A DNA stretch of 64,000 nucleotides from Thalia democratica (lineage: Eukaryota). The position numbers were made by a program, and so were the translations under genes. Shown here one piece after another: positions 1-12,400 of this stretch; the stretch's first letter is position 1; each line of letters begins with the position of its first letter. Location: contig OZ241827.1 in NCBI GenBank assembly GCA_965202585.1, forward strand, positions 32,860,001 to 32,924,000. Direction: 5' to 3'. The notes under the pieces are model-generated. The model saw only the letters and a list, made by a program, of their open reading frames with translations. It was not told the origin of the DNA and searched no databases.

Positions 1-999
1 ATATAATTATTGTAAGATATAACTTTATTGTTTTTGATATTAAAAAATATAGTATACGCTAATGAATGTTCTGTTATAAAATGACTTTTCAAAGTATTTA
101 ATTAAATTTTTTGTTTTGCAATTTCAAAATAAAAAGCGCATAATAAACAAGTAAATGTCTAACTTTGATGTTACTAAAAGTAAACTTACGTTACTAATTA
201 ATTTTATAGGTTTTAAATATTTAAAACTACTAAGTTTTAAGAAATAGTAACTAAGCTTGGAGAGTAAAAGTCAAATTCAGCAAATATTGTGAAATACAAA
301 TTAAGACGATGTTCTTTATTAATAAAAGTCCAATATCGCATGACCGCCATTTATACTTGGTAAAAAGGACACTGTAACATATGTAGAAGTAATCAATGTG
401 GTCATTAAAACAATGACACGCAATACAATTACCACAAATCTGTTAAAGTAATTAACTAGTGGTTTCTTTAGTTTCTTATTTGTCACTATAGTTGTTTTTA
501 CGACATAAAATGATTAATCACTGGGTGATAAATTTAATTAAATTTTGTGATAGAATTTTAATTGATTTAAAAAAAAATCAATAGATTAGGTTAAGTTTGA
601 AAATGATATTTTATTTTAACCTCTACTATAAAAATATTTTACTTCGATTAATATAATGTAAAAAATAAAATTTAAATGGAAACTCAAGTTTTGTAAATAT
701 TGTCCGTGTTACATCAAACAAAATTTAACCAGCGTAGAATGTTTGAAATACTCACAATTATAAAATCCGCATGACTTTAATATCATCATTTTCCGTTTGG
801 AATAGAAACCTTAGAAATAAATTAATGGAGTCTCGTATACTTTGTTTTTTTAAGCAGGTTAGAAAGATTTATTATGAATTACTAAACTACAAATTTATAT
901 TTAATCTGAAAAAAAAAACTTTTGTGTATTTGGAGATATTGTGTTCTGTTGTTATACTTTTTACAATAACTCAAAGTCAGTTTAGTCCATAACGCGTAT

Positions 1000-2200
1000 C
1001 ATTAATTTTTTATTAATTTAGTGTCAATTTTCCGTCTAGCCAAAATGCAAATACGCCCAGCTACATATAATTACAGCTACTCACACAAGCAGCTAATTTT
1101 AGAAAGACAAACAACGAAGCTCTTGATAAATTTTGAGTCTCCGCATTAAAAAAATGCTGATTTTTTGGTCATTTTACTTACTCTGGTCATTTATTGCTCA
1201 TTTAAAATGAAAGCAATTTAGCGGAACGGAAATGTCCTGCATGACGCATCACTCAATAATTTAGATGAGATAAAAAAGAGTCCGTTGTTTTCTGTACCAA
1301 CAATTATGATTTCAATGCAATATTTTAACAAATAGTTCTTTAATTGTTTAAATGCACCAAAATCCGTTTCAAATAAGACTCAAGTGTTTTTTGCTAGCAA
1401 CAATTTTTAAAGAAACTTGTTTTTGTGAATTAGCTTTCCTTCCGTTTTTGTTTTTCTTGATAAGAATCTGCTTTTTCTTCACTCATAACAATTATTTTAC
1501 ATTAAATTTAAAATTTTGTAATAAATAACTTAACTGGTAAATAAATACAAGCTGAGTTGTGCCTCAAGGCAATATTTTCTTGATTTTTTCAAAGTAATAC
1601 TACCATATTTTAAGGTCAAATTTGTGACAAACAAAAATAAATTTGATTAGAAACATGTCCGTCAAAAGTGTCACAACAATTAATTTGTTTTGCCCGTTTA
1701 TAAAAACGTCTCCATATAATAATACATCATGAGGGAAAAAATATAGAGATTAAATCTTAAAAACAAAAGTGTAAATATCACAAATTGTTTTTCGTCTTCG
1801 AAACTGTCGCGAGCATGTCACAAGCGTGACGAAAGCAATTATATTTGTTGTAAACTTTTTTTGACGCAAAGGGTTCGAATATAAGTTTAATAAATTGTTC
1901 TTTACGACAAGAGACGCTTTTACTCTTGCGACAAAGGGAGATAAAATATGTTTTGCACTATAGATATATGTTTTTATTTCTAAAAACTTATTTTGCCACG
2001 CCGCTAAACATTTGAATGAAAACAAGTTGTTTTATATGGCTTGAAATTAATTTATCTCACAACTTTAACGTGAGTTTGTTTGTAACGCCGTGCATGTTTT
2101 GTTTTTCACAAACGCTGGTCAAAACTCTTTATATCAGTGTGAAAATACATAAATTTATCAGATTTGGTCGCATCGTTTTTTGTTATTTTCGATATATTGT
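1000..2200. promoter_or_regulatory. CpG-enriched probable TET promoter region, possibly bidirectional
   Basis: CpG-containing motifs in an AT-rich background (TGACGCA near 1243 and 1862, GTCGCGAG near 1806, Pax-like GTCACGCTTG on the minus strand at 1821-1830). Outward-facing consensus donors at 2070 (+) and about 1180 (-). Confidence 0.5.
2016..2069 (+). other. Candidate upstream TET exon (5' end not defined) with optional in-frame ATG
   Basis: Consensus donor AAC|gtgagt at 2070. ATG at 2016 reads MKTSCFIWLEINLSHNFN and joins in phase 0 to acceptor ttattag|GAG ATG at 3346. Lies in a CpG-rich region. Confidence 0.4.
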
Positions 2201-3348
2201 TTCTTGTAAACAACGTAAATTAAAGGAATTCTTGTTTTTAGCATTAATGACCTTGTAACAAAAGATATACTTTTTTTTTTCACTAATCATAGTTTTCTTT
2301 TTAAGGGAATTTAAACTTATAAGTTTTATTAATAATTGTATCCTCTTTAGTCCGTTAGTTTTACTTTTAGCAATAAAAATATATTATTCACTTTGTTTCA
2401 GAAAATATGATAAAATAATTTACAGAGTTGTTACTCTAAGCTTTGGGTCGTTGTGTTAGTAGATGTAAGTTTAGGGTAGATATTGCGACCTTTTCTACAA
2501 GTGAATTACTTATACTGCTGATTTTAATGCTAATATGAGAAACGCTGTAAGGTTTTCTTTTTGATTTTAACAATTTATATACTAAAGTAACATAAAACTA
2601 AAACAAGTGCAGTTTAAGAAACTATTTACTGAAACTTAAAAAACAAATAAAAGCTAAATAATATCTACATGCGATAAAAATTTATTAAAAATAGTACTAA
2701 AAAGAACATATAATTGTCAGTAATTTTTTGCAAACCTGCGTAACAGAAATATATAAATTTATTTGTTTGTTTGAGTGGATATGCTAAAATACAAACTGAC
2801 TAAAATTATAACTCCACATTGAAAAATTTCTTAAAAATCTGCCCCTTATTTGCTCAATGTCTGTTTTGTATAGATTCCGGCAAAAGCTATTCCTATTTTA
2901 GTTACAGGCTTATTTATTTTTACAGCAATTTTTTATCTTTAAAGCAAGCTTAGTTTTAATTTTTACGTATAGTATCAATATCTATGATTTGGTAAGTTTA
3001 AAAAAAGGAATAAAATAAATTTTATTACTACTGATTATTGCACTTAGGCAGTTATGATTTTTTGACGATGAGTTTCCATTTTTTTTTAGTATTTTTGACG
3101 GTAACTTTTTTTCTAAATTAATATTTAAAATTAGATCCTATACACTACATGTATTTTTGAAATACCATAACTACTTAAGAATTTTTCTTTTCCTAAGCCA
3201 TCAAGTTGCATTTGTTTTTTAAGTTTCACTTTCATTGGCTGGAAACCTAGTTTTAGCATGCCTACTTTTATACTTTTTTTTAAGTAGTAAAAAATAAAAG
3301 AAGCTGCAGTTCATTCTTATTGATAAAGTTGTTTCGTTTTATTAGGAG

Positions 3349-3435
3349 ATGGGCGACTTATTTCTAGGTGATACGAAAAGAATTAAGCCGAGTGGTGCAA
3401 GAAGGCTTGATGGAATGAAGCACCATCAGCAACAG
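3349..3435 (+). CDS. TET: TET coding exon 1 ([29 protein letters not shown])
   Basis: ATG 3 nt after an AG acceptor; donor gttgga; phase 0 matches exon 2. Confidence 0.65.
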
Positions 3436-6400
3436 GTTGGAATTTTATTACTAATATATATCTTATCTATTAAATAGATTGTTGAGAACGCGCATTAGCA
3501 CAAAACCGACCGTTCATATTCGTAAGTTTTTTTTTAGTGTGTTTACATTTATATATGTATGCTTACGAAGTTCACAACCAAGAAAATAGTAATTTAAAAC
3601 TCGTTGCCTGCAAAGTATTTTGATATTACAAATTGATAAAAAACACATGCTGTGCGTAAAAATTCTTATAGTCTGTATATCGTATAGTTTTATTTTTGGA
3701 TCCTTTTATTCACTTGTATTAGCAGGTTAAAGAATTGTTTTAAAAAGCAAAAAATAAGTTAAAAGATCAAATTTTTACATATGAAGTTACAAACTATGGT
3801 ATTTTTGGTACAGTGAAAAATTGTATATAACAGTTTAAATGTCAGTCAGTTTTTTATGAAAAGTTTCACCCTGGCTGTTCTGTATAGAAAAAAGAATTCC
3901 GCGGGCCCCAATTATTTAAGACAATTGTAGTAATGAATAAAAAATATTTTACGATTAATGTAGTATAATATGCAATTATAAAGCCCTAGAAATTACTAAT
4001 TAATAAACTAAGAGCCTAATTGTAAACTTAAATATAATAATAACTATTATTTTTTTAAATTCTTTTATAAGAAAAAAAATGCATCGCAGACTGCATAGTT
4101 TTGTTTTGCGGGCCTTAGTTTGCCGACCTTTGCGTTAGAGTAATGAAGACTCTACATGAAGATATACTTTTAGCTTTGTTTTCAAATTAAGTTTTCTAAT
4201 GATTCTAAAATTAAATAGTCTGTAAATTTTGTTGGTAACTAATAGTAAAACCTTATTTGTTAAGATATTTATTTGTTAACGATAGGCAAACTACAGATTT
4301 TAAACAGAACTGTATTTTCAACAGTTTATGGTTTTAGTGAATATTTTTGTGGTCTTAATAACAAAGATATAAAATTTCTTCACGCTTAATAGTTTTTATT
4401 AGAAAAAAAAAAGTAAGTAAACACGTTCATCATCCTTTTTAAAACTGCCTAGACCATAATATACCAATAAGTGAATAATACGTTATTTATCAGAAACAAT
4501 TCGACAAGCTCAAGCTTTTAATCATTGCTGTTGATCATATGCTTACTAGTTTCTAAATATAAAAAACATTGTTTTGTTATTTATTTTACTTCAGTTAAAT
4601 AGGTAATAGATTATAAAAAAAGTTTGTATATAAATTGTCACGAACTTTCTTCAGATTTAATACTTTTTGGGTTTCGACGATAGACTCAAAGATAAGTCTG
4701 CTTAAAGTTAGTCTCTTTTAGCCCACTTTGAAGCGACAATAAAGTTAAAGACGGAACTGGCCTTTGAAAACTTGTTGTTTAACAAACTTTCATCATTAAC
4801 TTATTTCCGGTTTTCTTGTTATTTCTTACCACAACTTATTGGTTTCCTCTTTTATTACTCAACTTTTGTCTCATAAAATGTATATATTAGTGGAAAATCC
4901 AAAAATTTAGTTTTTGGGTATTAAACTTAGATTAAATATGTAGTTAATTAAGTTTTTAAATTTCGATTGTCAAATAAAAATTCTCTACAAACGAACTAAT
5001 AAAATGTTTTTTCGAAATAACCGTATCTTCTTTTTGCTTTCAGTCTTTGCAATTTTTAATTTAAAAAATCTTAGTCAATTATATTTTTATTTTTTAATTA
5101 TGATTATCTGCGGATGAATTGGTATTTAAAACATGTTAAAATAATTCCAGTAATGTCTAAAACTTATTTACTTGCATATACATATGTTATAATCATGTAA
5201 AGCAATATAACGAATTGTTGCTTTGTCTACAAGTAAGTATGAAATTATATTTAACTAAAAAAACGTTGTTTTTAATTAAAAGAAATTTAATTTGATATAT
5301 TAAACTTTAAACAGTTTTTATGTAGAATCTCTATAAACTATAGTAAAAGAAGTTTTTAATAAAAATCTAATTATTAGTTTCCGAACAAAAACGCTTATTT
5401 TTAGTTCAGGGGTCGGCAAGATGCTGTCCGCAAAGCAAAAATCTGCGGTATGATGTACTTTTTAGCTTAAAACATAAATCTTTAAAGCAATTAAAAAAAG
5501 TTTATGTAGGAGAAGCTTACAATTAGGCTCTTATTTTAATAATTCTAGTGCTTTATTATTGTACGTTTTATGCCATTTTAAATGTAAAATAGAGTTTTTT
5601 TAATGAGTACTACATTTTTTTGAACAACTGTGGACCGCGAGCAACTGCTTCTGGAAAAATTTGCCTGTTTCTTATAAAAGTCTACCGACCTATGCTTTTA
5701 TTAATTGTTGTTTTTCAAGTTTTGTTCTATTTTTGAAAAATGTGTCTGTTTATATTTAAGCAGGAGTTTTTACAAAATTAAAATAAAAGTAGTTAATAAA
5801 ACTTCACTTTCAACCTTTTTTTTTCTTAGAGCGTTCAAATTTTTAGAATTACTTCGCAGTAACAGGTCTGTTAATTATAATTTTTAACTATGTGAAAAAT
5901 AAACTTACAAAATTCATACTGCACCAGACTTTAAGGCGTATATTTTATTTTTTATTTTCTGCTAAATATACTAAAATTAACAAAAAAAAAGAAATGATTT
6001 TATTTCGTGTTTTAAAAATAAACTCGAATAAAAATTACTGGAGTATTTAATCTAAATCACAATAATCTTAGAATTTTGGTTACTGCAGTTTTACAATAAA
6101 TGTATAACTCTCAGGTTCCAGCAAACTTAAAGAATACAGTAGCAAGGTTCGATTCTTTTAACCCTCAAAAAAGAAATTCTCACTTGCAAACCCACAGCAA
6201 TATTTTTAGTTTACCCTCTGCTAACAATAGTGCTAGTTTTAGTCGTAAGTTTTGTACTTAAAAACTTTGATTTTAATATCTAAGTTTTTAATTTTACGAA
6301 AGTATTAAGAAAAAGTTTAAAAATTGTATTTTGTTAGTTTCTAAATAAGTTTATTACAAACCAAAAATATTAATTTAAAAACTAAAAGTTTAATCAAGTA

Positions 6401-9400
6401 TACAAACACTTTAAAAAGAAATTAGATCTACTTATTTAAATTTTTAATATGATTTTGCCACTAAAGCTTTTATAAAACTGTAACATATAAATCATTTTTT
6501 TAATAGTCTTAATAAAAAATACTATTTAGTGTTAAATGTGTCTGTATTTAGTTTTAGTGTTTTTTATAACTAATATTTTTATTTTCAAGCGTAAATTTTA
6601 AATTAGTATAAAAGGTATAATTTGTTTCCTAAAAGAATGTTACAAAATTACAGATGGGCATCACCAACAGAGTTACTATGGAAACCAGCAACACATAGGA
6701 AAACACCATTTTCCACATCATCATAGCAACTTTAGTGCTCCAAACAACGAGTTAATACAGATGAAGGGACAATTTAAGTTTTTCAACGATTCCCATCTAA
6801 TGCACCAGATCCACCACCAAGACCCCTTCAACTCTTTTACCCAAGCCCCTTTACACCATGGACAATTGAAACCTCCTGACTACCAGCTTGAATACAACGA
6901 CGGGTTTAGTTACCAGGGGCAGCAGTTTAGTGGAAGTTTGCAGAAACATTCCAACGCTTTTCATCAACCAATTAAAAAAATTGAACTTGGAGAAAACATG
7001 GTGAGTTTGCCAGCTGAGAAAATTGAAAAACCTGTCGAAGGGTTCAAAAACAACACCGTTGCGAACGAGAAGCCTTTTATTAATAGTGATCAAGGTAACT
7101 ACAATAGTTTAGGTTATCAGAACAACAACTCGTTTCGTTATGACGAACACAAAAACTCAATGCAAGATGCAGGAAGTTTGCAGATTTGCAGTCCAATTGA
7201 AAATTGTTACTCAAGTAGCACAGACGTAGTCAATTCTAATCCAAACTCAATCGTTTCCAGCACAAATTCTCATACTTTAGGTTTCAATCAGCTAAAAGCT
7301 CTAGATAAAGCTGCTACATTCAATGAAAATAAACATTTGGGTTTTATAGATGATTTTCAAATAAAAACTACACAGAGACTCGCTGCGACCTTTCCTGCTG
7401 TTCAGAAGTACGAGTTTAATAGAAATTCGAATATCAGCGGAAAATCTGATGGTATGTTTGATTCTATTCGAGGCCGGCCAGGTTCAAACTGTCAGCCCCA
7501 ACGAATTGAGAGTAGTTATCAAAACAACACATCGAATTTAAGTCAAAGCTGTGGGGTTACGAACGCGAAAGACCTACAAGAGGATAACCCAAACTGGAAC
7601 AATTTTCCCGCTGGACAGAACAGTTCTGAATTATCGAAGCCTGGTTCACTCGGTGTGCAAAGTTCTTCGCAAATGCTTAGCCAATCAGAGCACAAAGACA
7701 GTCATTTAAGTGAGCCATGTGAACAAAACGTTCAGGACACCTTAGCATGTCCAAGTTCTGCACTTAGTCAGTTAAGAAGTCCAACTTTAAAAATTGGTGA
7801 CGAATCGACCAATAACCAAAGCAGTGAGCTTTCATACGCTCCGGAAATCCCCTTTGTCGAAAACAACCTTACTGACCAGTGGAGCAGCTCATTGACTAAC
7901 CAGAACTTCTTTATGCCACCAGCAACCAATGATGATTTCCATGGGTCAAACGGCAATAATTTTTTAGCCTCACCTGGCAGTAGCCACTCCACAACACATC
8001 CACAAACGGCTAAAGAAACAGCAAATTGGCCAATCGAAGTTGTTGAAACGGTGAAGAGTGTTTCAAAAAACTTCGATTTACCAACGGCTGCTGCCAGGTC
8101 CAAAAGCCCTGTCAAGAAAAATTTAGAGGGTAAATTGACAGCTATTGCAGTGACAAATGACACCATAAAAGACAAAAGAAGTAAGTTTGTTACAAATTCA
8201 ACAACGGGGTTTTCCCCTAACATGCAACAATCAAATATTTCTCCAGCCGAAAGTGGATACGATTCTGCTGACTTCTCTCAGAACATTTCCACAAATGAAA
8301 ACTCTAAGCTGAATCAACAAATAACTTATCAGCCACACAAAACCGATATAAACTACCGCAAAACCATTCGGCGTGTGAAACATGACTTCAATTATCCGCA
8401 GAACGGAGATAAAGAGCTCATTAAAAGTTCAGAAACTTCCAAACATGATTCCAACACAACCCCTAGACCTGATTACAATCAGGAAGCTTCTGTCGAAGGA
8501 GTGAGAGAGTCTGTTAAACCAGCAACGCTTATTGGTTGAAGTTTGTATGACGTGACTTTTCATTATCTCTCATCTGTTGCTGTTAAGCTGTCGTGACGCT
8601 TGAGTGCACAAGAGCGCGCTGTTGTTGACTAAAATCCACATTAAATTTGTGACTGCTTATAAGGAAGGCATTTGTTTTTTTTTATTTTGACATTTTATTT
8701 TTATTGCTCGTTGTTTTTACGTTGTTAGTTAACTAATAAATAGACGTTTTAAGAAAAAAACTTTTTATTGTATAACTTTTACAGCAGAACAGAGAAAGTT
8801 GAAAATGTAGAAAATTTAACATAAATAAATTAATAAGTTTTTATTTCAGAAGTTCAAAATAAAATTTGTATATAATGTGTATAAGTATATTAAATACATT
8901 TACAACTTGATATTATGTCAATAAACTGTTTTTTATAAATCTAAAAACTTTTGTATGTTGTTTTATATAGATAATATGTGTTGAAGTATTATTGTATTTA
9001 ATTAATGATTTTTTTCTGATCAAAATAAAATTTCATGCAGCTAGTTAAGCAAATTGGTGTGTAACAGGAAATTAAAACTAGTTAATTAAAAATAAGTTTT
9101 AATACTTGATTTTTTAGTTAAATTTCTTAAATGTAAAGTAAACTAATAAAAATTTAAAATTAAATTAAGTGTTTTTGTTTATATATATTTTTGTTTAAAC
9201 TTTTATAATAATGATTCTATGTTATACTTATAGTAAACCTTTATGACTTATGTAATTAATTCAAGTTTTAATTCAACAAATTTTTGTAACTTTGTTTTTC
9301 AATAAAGAATTACAGCAACTATCTGAAATTTCAAATAAATATGCAATATATATATTATTAAGAAGTTCAAAAATTAGAAAATTCATGTAAGACTAATTTT

Positions 9401-12400
9401 TATTCATTCATCTCAAACCATTAATTAAAAAAAACTGTAATGTATAAAACTGTTTATTTAGTTACTTGGAATAAACTTGTGTTTCATTTAAAACGTTGTA
9501 TATTTAAAAAATGTATTTTTATTCTCTCTAAATAAGCTTTTCTGAGTTAAAAAAATAAGGTTATTAATGAAAGTGTTCATAGTATTAAAAGGTAAGCATG
9601 CATCTTGTTCCAAGTGTTTTTTAAAGTAGTTTTTGTAGATTTGAACAAAAAATGCATTATTTTTTAGTAGTGTAAAATAAGCTAAAAGTTTTTAGGTACA
9701 TAAATTATAAAGATACTTTCAAAGCATTTAAAAACTATATTAAGAGAGTTCAGTAAATATGTAACTATCGATGTTTATACCAATTAATATCTCTAGATAA
9801 TTAATATTTATTAATATATACTTTAACTGTTATCAGCGCAATTTCTAGTGGTGATTGAATATTTTCATACAAATTATAATAACGTAGAACACTTATTTGA
9901 ACAAAAACAGTTTTGCTACTCAATTATGACTATTTGACAGATACTTAATACTTATGTATCCTTGTGATAATAGGATTAAGTTTTTTAAACTAGTTTAGTT
10001 GTTCAAAACGAAAATTCTTATTAGCAGATAAGTTTAAGCTGACATTTTTTAATTAGTCTTCTTATTTTGTGTTGTAATTTTGTAATAATGAAATTTTAGA
10101 CTAATATTTATGCTCAGTTAATCTTTATTTATGAAATGTTTTTCAAATTAAGTTGTTGGCTTACAATTTAGTATTTTTGGATAGTTTTAAATACTTGGTC
10201 TGTATAAAACTTGAACCAAATTTTTTACTCACTATTTTACATCCAGGTTTAATTAGTATGTGAAATTATTAATGAATTAAATTTATTATATACTTTGGCT
10301 GCTGCAATCTGCAATACACGCTTAAACTGTACAGTTGCTATGAACAATTTTTCGTCCAGCCAAAATTTTCCTAATGTGAACAAAATGGCACAACCCAAAC
10401 TGATGGTTGTCGTTTCTTCTGAACACCTGCTCACTTCGCCTAGTCACGTCAAAAACCAACTAACTCGATCAAAAGAAAAAATCAGGATGCTTGAAAATAC
10501 TCAAATAAGCCCAGAATCATCTTATCCATCTGCTCAAACTAGTAGTCTTGGAAACTTGCCATCTTTTAAAACACAATCTAGCAAACGAGATTCAAAAGTC
10601 ACTGGAAGTTTTCAAAGATATCCATTTGTGTCTTACTTACCTTTTACAATAAATAGACATGAAAAACTTAAAGTTGTACCACACCAACAACCATTAAAAG
10701 GTCCTGAAAACATCAAAATATTTCCACTTTTATCTAACCCATATGTTGCAATCAGTACATCTAAAAGTATTACTAGTTTTCCAATGGTATCTAAATTAAA
10801 GTTTTCAAAAGTTTCTGAAAAATCTCAAAGATATCAGTTATGTTCCAACCAATTTGTATTAAAAAATGATAAGATCAATGCTGACCCTTTAAATACTGTT
10901 CCAGTTATCAAACTCCCGAAGCAACCGATTATAATCAGAAATTCCTCGATAGTTAAAACACACTGTCAGTTCCTTAACAAAAACTTTGAAAATTTAAACA
11001 CATTTCCTCAGGTGTTTAACAAGAAACCTCTATGCTTAAACCAAAGGTTTCCTTCTACAGAGAATGTACCTAAAATATATTTAAAAAAAAATCAAGTACT
11101 TAATAAAAGTTTGTATGTACATACTGATTCACAAATGTACAAGCCCGTGAATAATCTTCGCAAAATTAAAATTGACACGAAAACAATAGAAGATGAGAAA
11201 CCCCAAAATTTTTTACAGTTGCAATTCTCAAACAAAAAAGAAGTAGTTAATGTGAAAAAAAATATCTTACCGGGTCCACTGGAAAGTAAAACATTAATAA
11301 AACAACCAAAATTTTCCGCCAAAAATGAAAAAAGTGATTTACCATTGAAAGTTATGTCAAATCAGTTGGCAGACGAAGAACTTGAATTGCAAAAAATACT
11401 ACCAGGTCCACTCGTAAATGAAAAATTAAGGGGTAAAATGGTAGACGATGTCGATGCGAAAGGAAAGATAGTTAAAAGACCAGTTTACGAGCAATGCAAT
11501 TGTATAAGTTAGTTTCTGTGTAGTATGCTAGTAGTAGAAATATTACGTGAAGTACTTATCTGTTTAAGTTAATATTGCAGTATTTTTACTACAGTTTTCT
11601 CATTAATCTGCATATAATAACAGTATTTAAAAACTTTACTCCTTATACATTCCTGATAAATATCATGTTTATTTAATTATGAGGTAACCAAGCTAAAAAA
11701 TTGAACTTTATGATTAACAGTGTTACCCGGTTTATTGAAAAAATAATTTGTTGATAAGTTTTAAATAAAATCCGTCAGCATAAACTAAACTACTTTAAAA
11801 TATAAGTTAAACTATATATATATGTATATTTAACACTAATAAACATAATTTGAATATTCAATCCAAAAGTATTTCTTATCTATATAAGTATATGCAAAAC
11901 TTATTATATTAATTAAAAATTTTGCTAATGCTTTGTGAATTAGTTTTTGTATTATTAAAAAATATATTTATAAATTTGCTTAAGAAGTTTTAGGATGAGA
12001 TTTTTCATGCAAAAACATATAATAGTGATAGTAAAGCCTTGTGTATTTCATGATAGTTTTATAACAATATTCCATAGCAATCTTTTTTCTAGACAAAGGT
12101 CATGCTTACTAGCTTCTGAAGCAACACTAAAACTTAAGCAAGAATTGAGAAACGAATTAAGTATAGAATTTTTGAGCTGGTAAAAGAATAAAACTTATAT
12201 ATAAATATATGAGATAAAAGTTTAAAACTTGTTACAATCAATATTTTTCATGTAACGATTTTAAAGAGTCTACTATTATGAACCACTGTTGCTATATGAA
12301 ATTTTTTCAATTACATTGTTAATGTTAAAACAAAGTTTTAGATGTTTATAAACATTTAAAAAACAGAACTAAATAAATTTTAAAGCGAAAAAAGATTTAA

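Noticed and set aside
7760-7774. ALSQL in TET exon 3 as a Sin3-interaction helix (vertebrate ALTQL-like)
   Set aside because: Only five residues match and the preceding hydrophobic positions are P-S-S; too weak.
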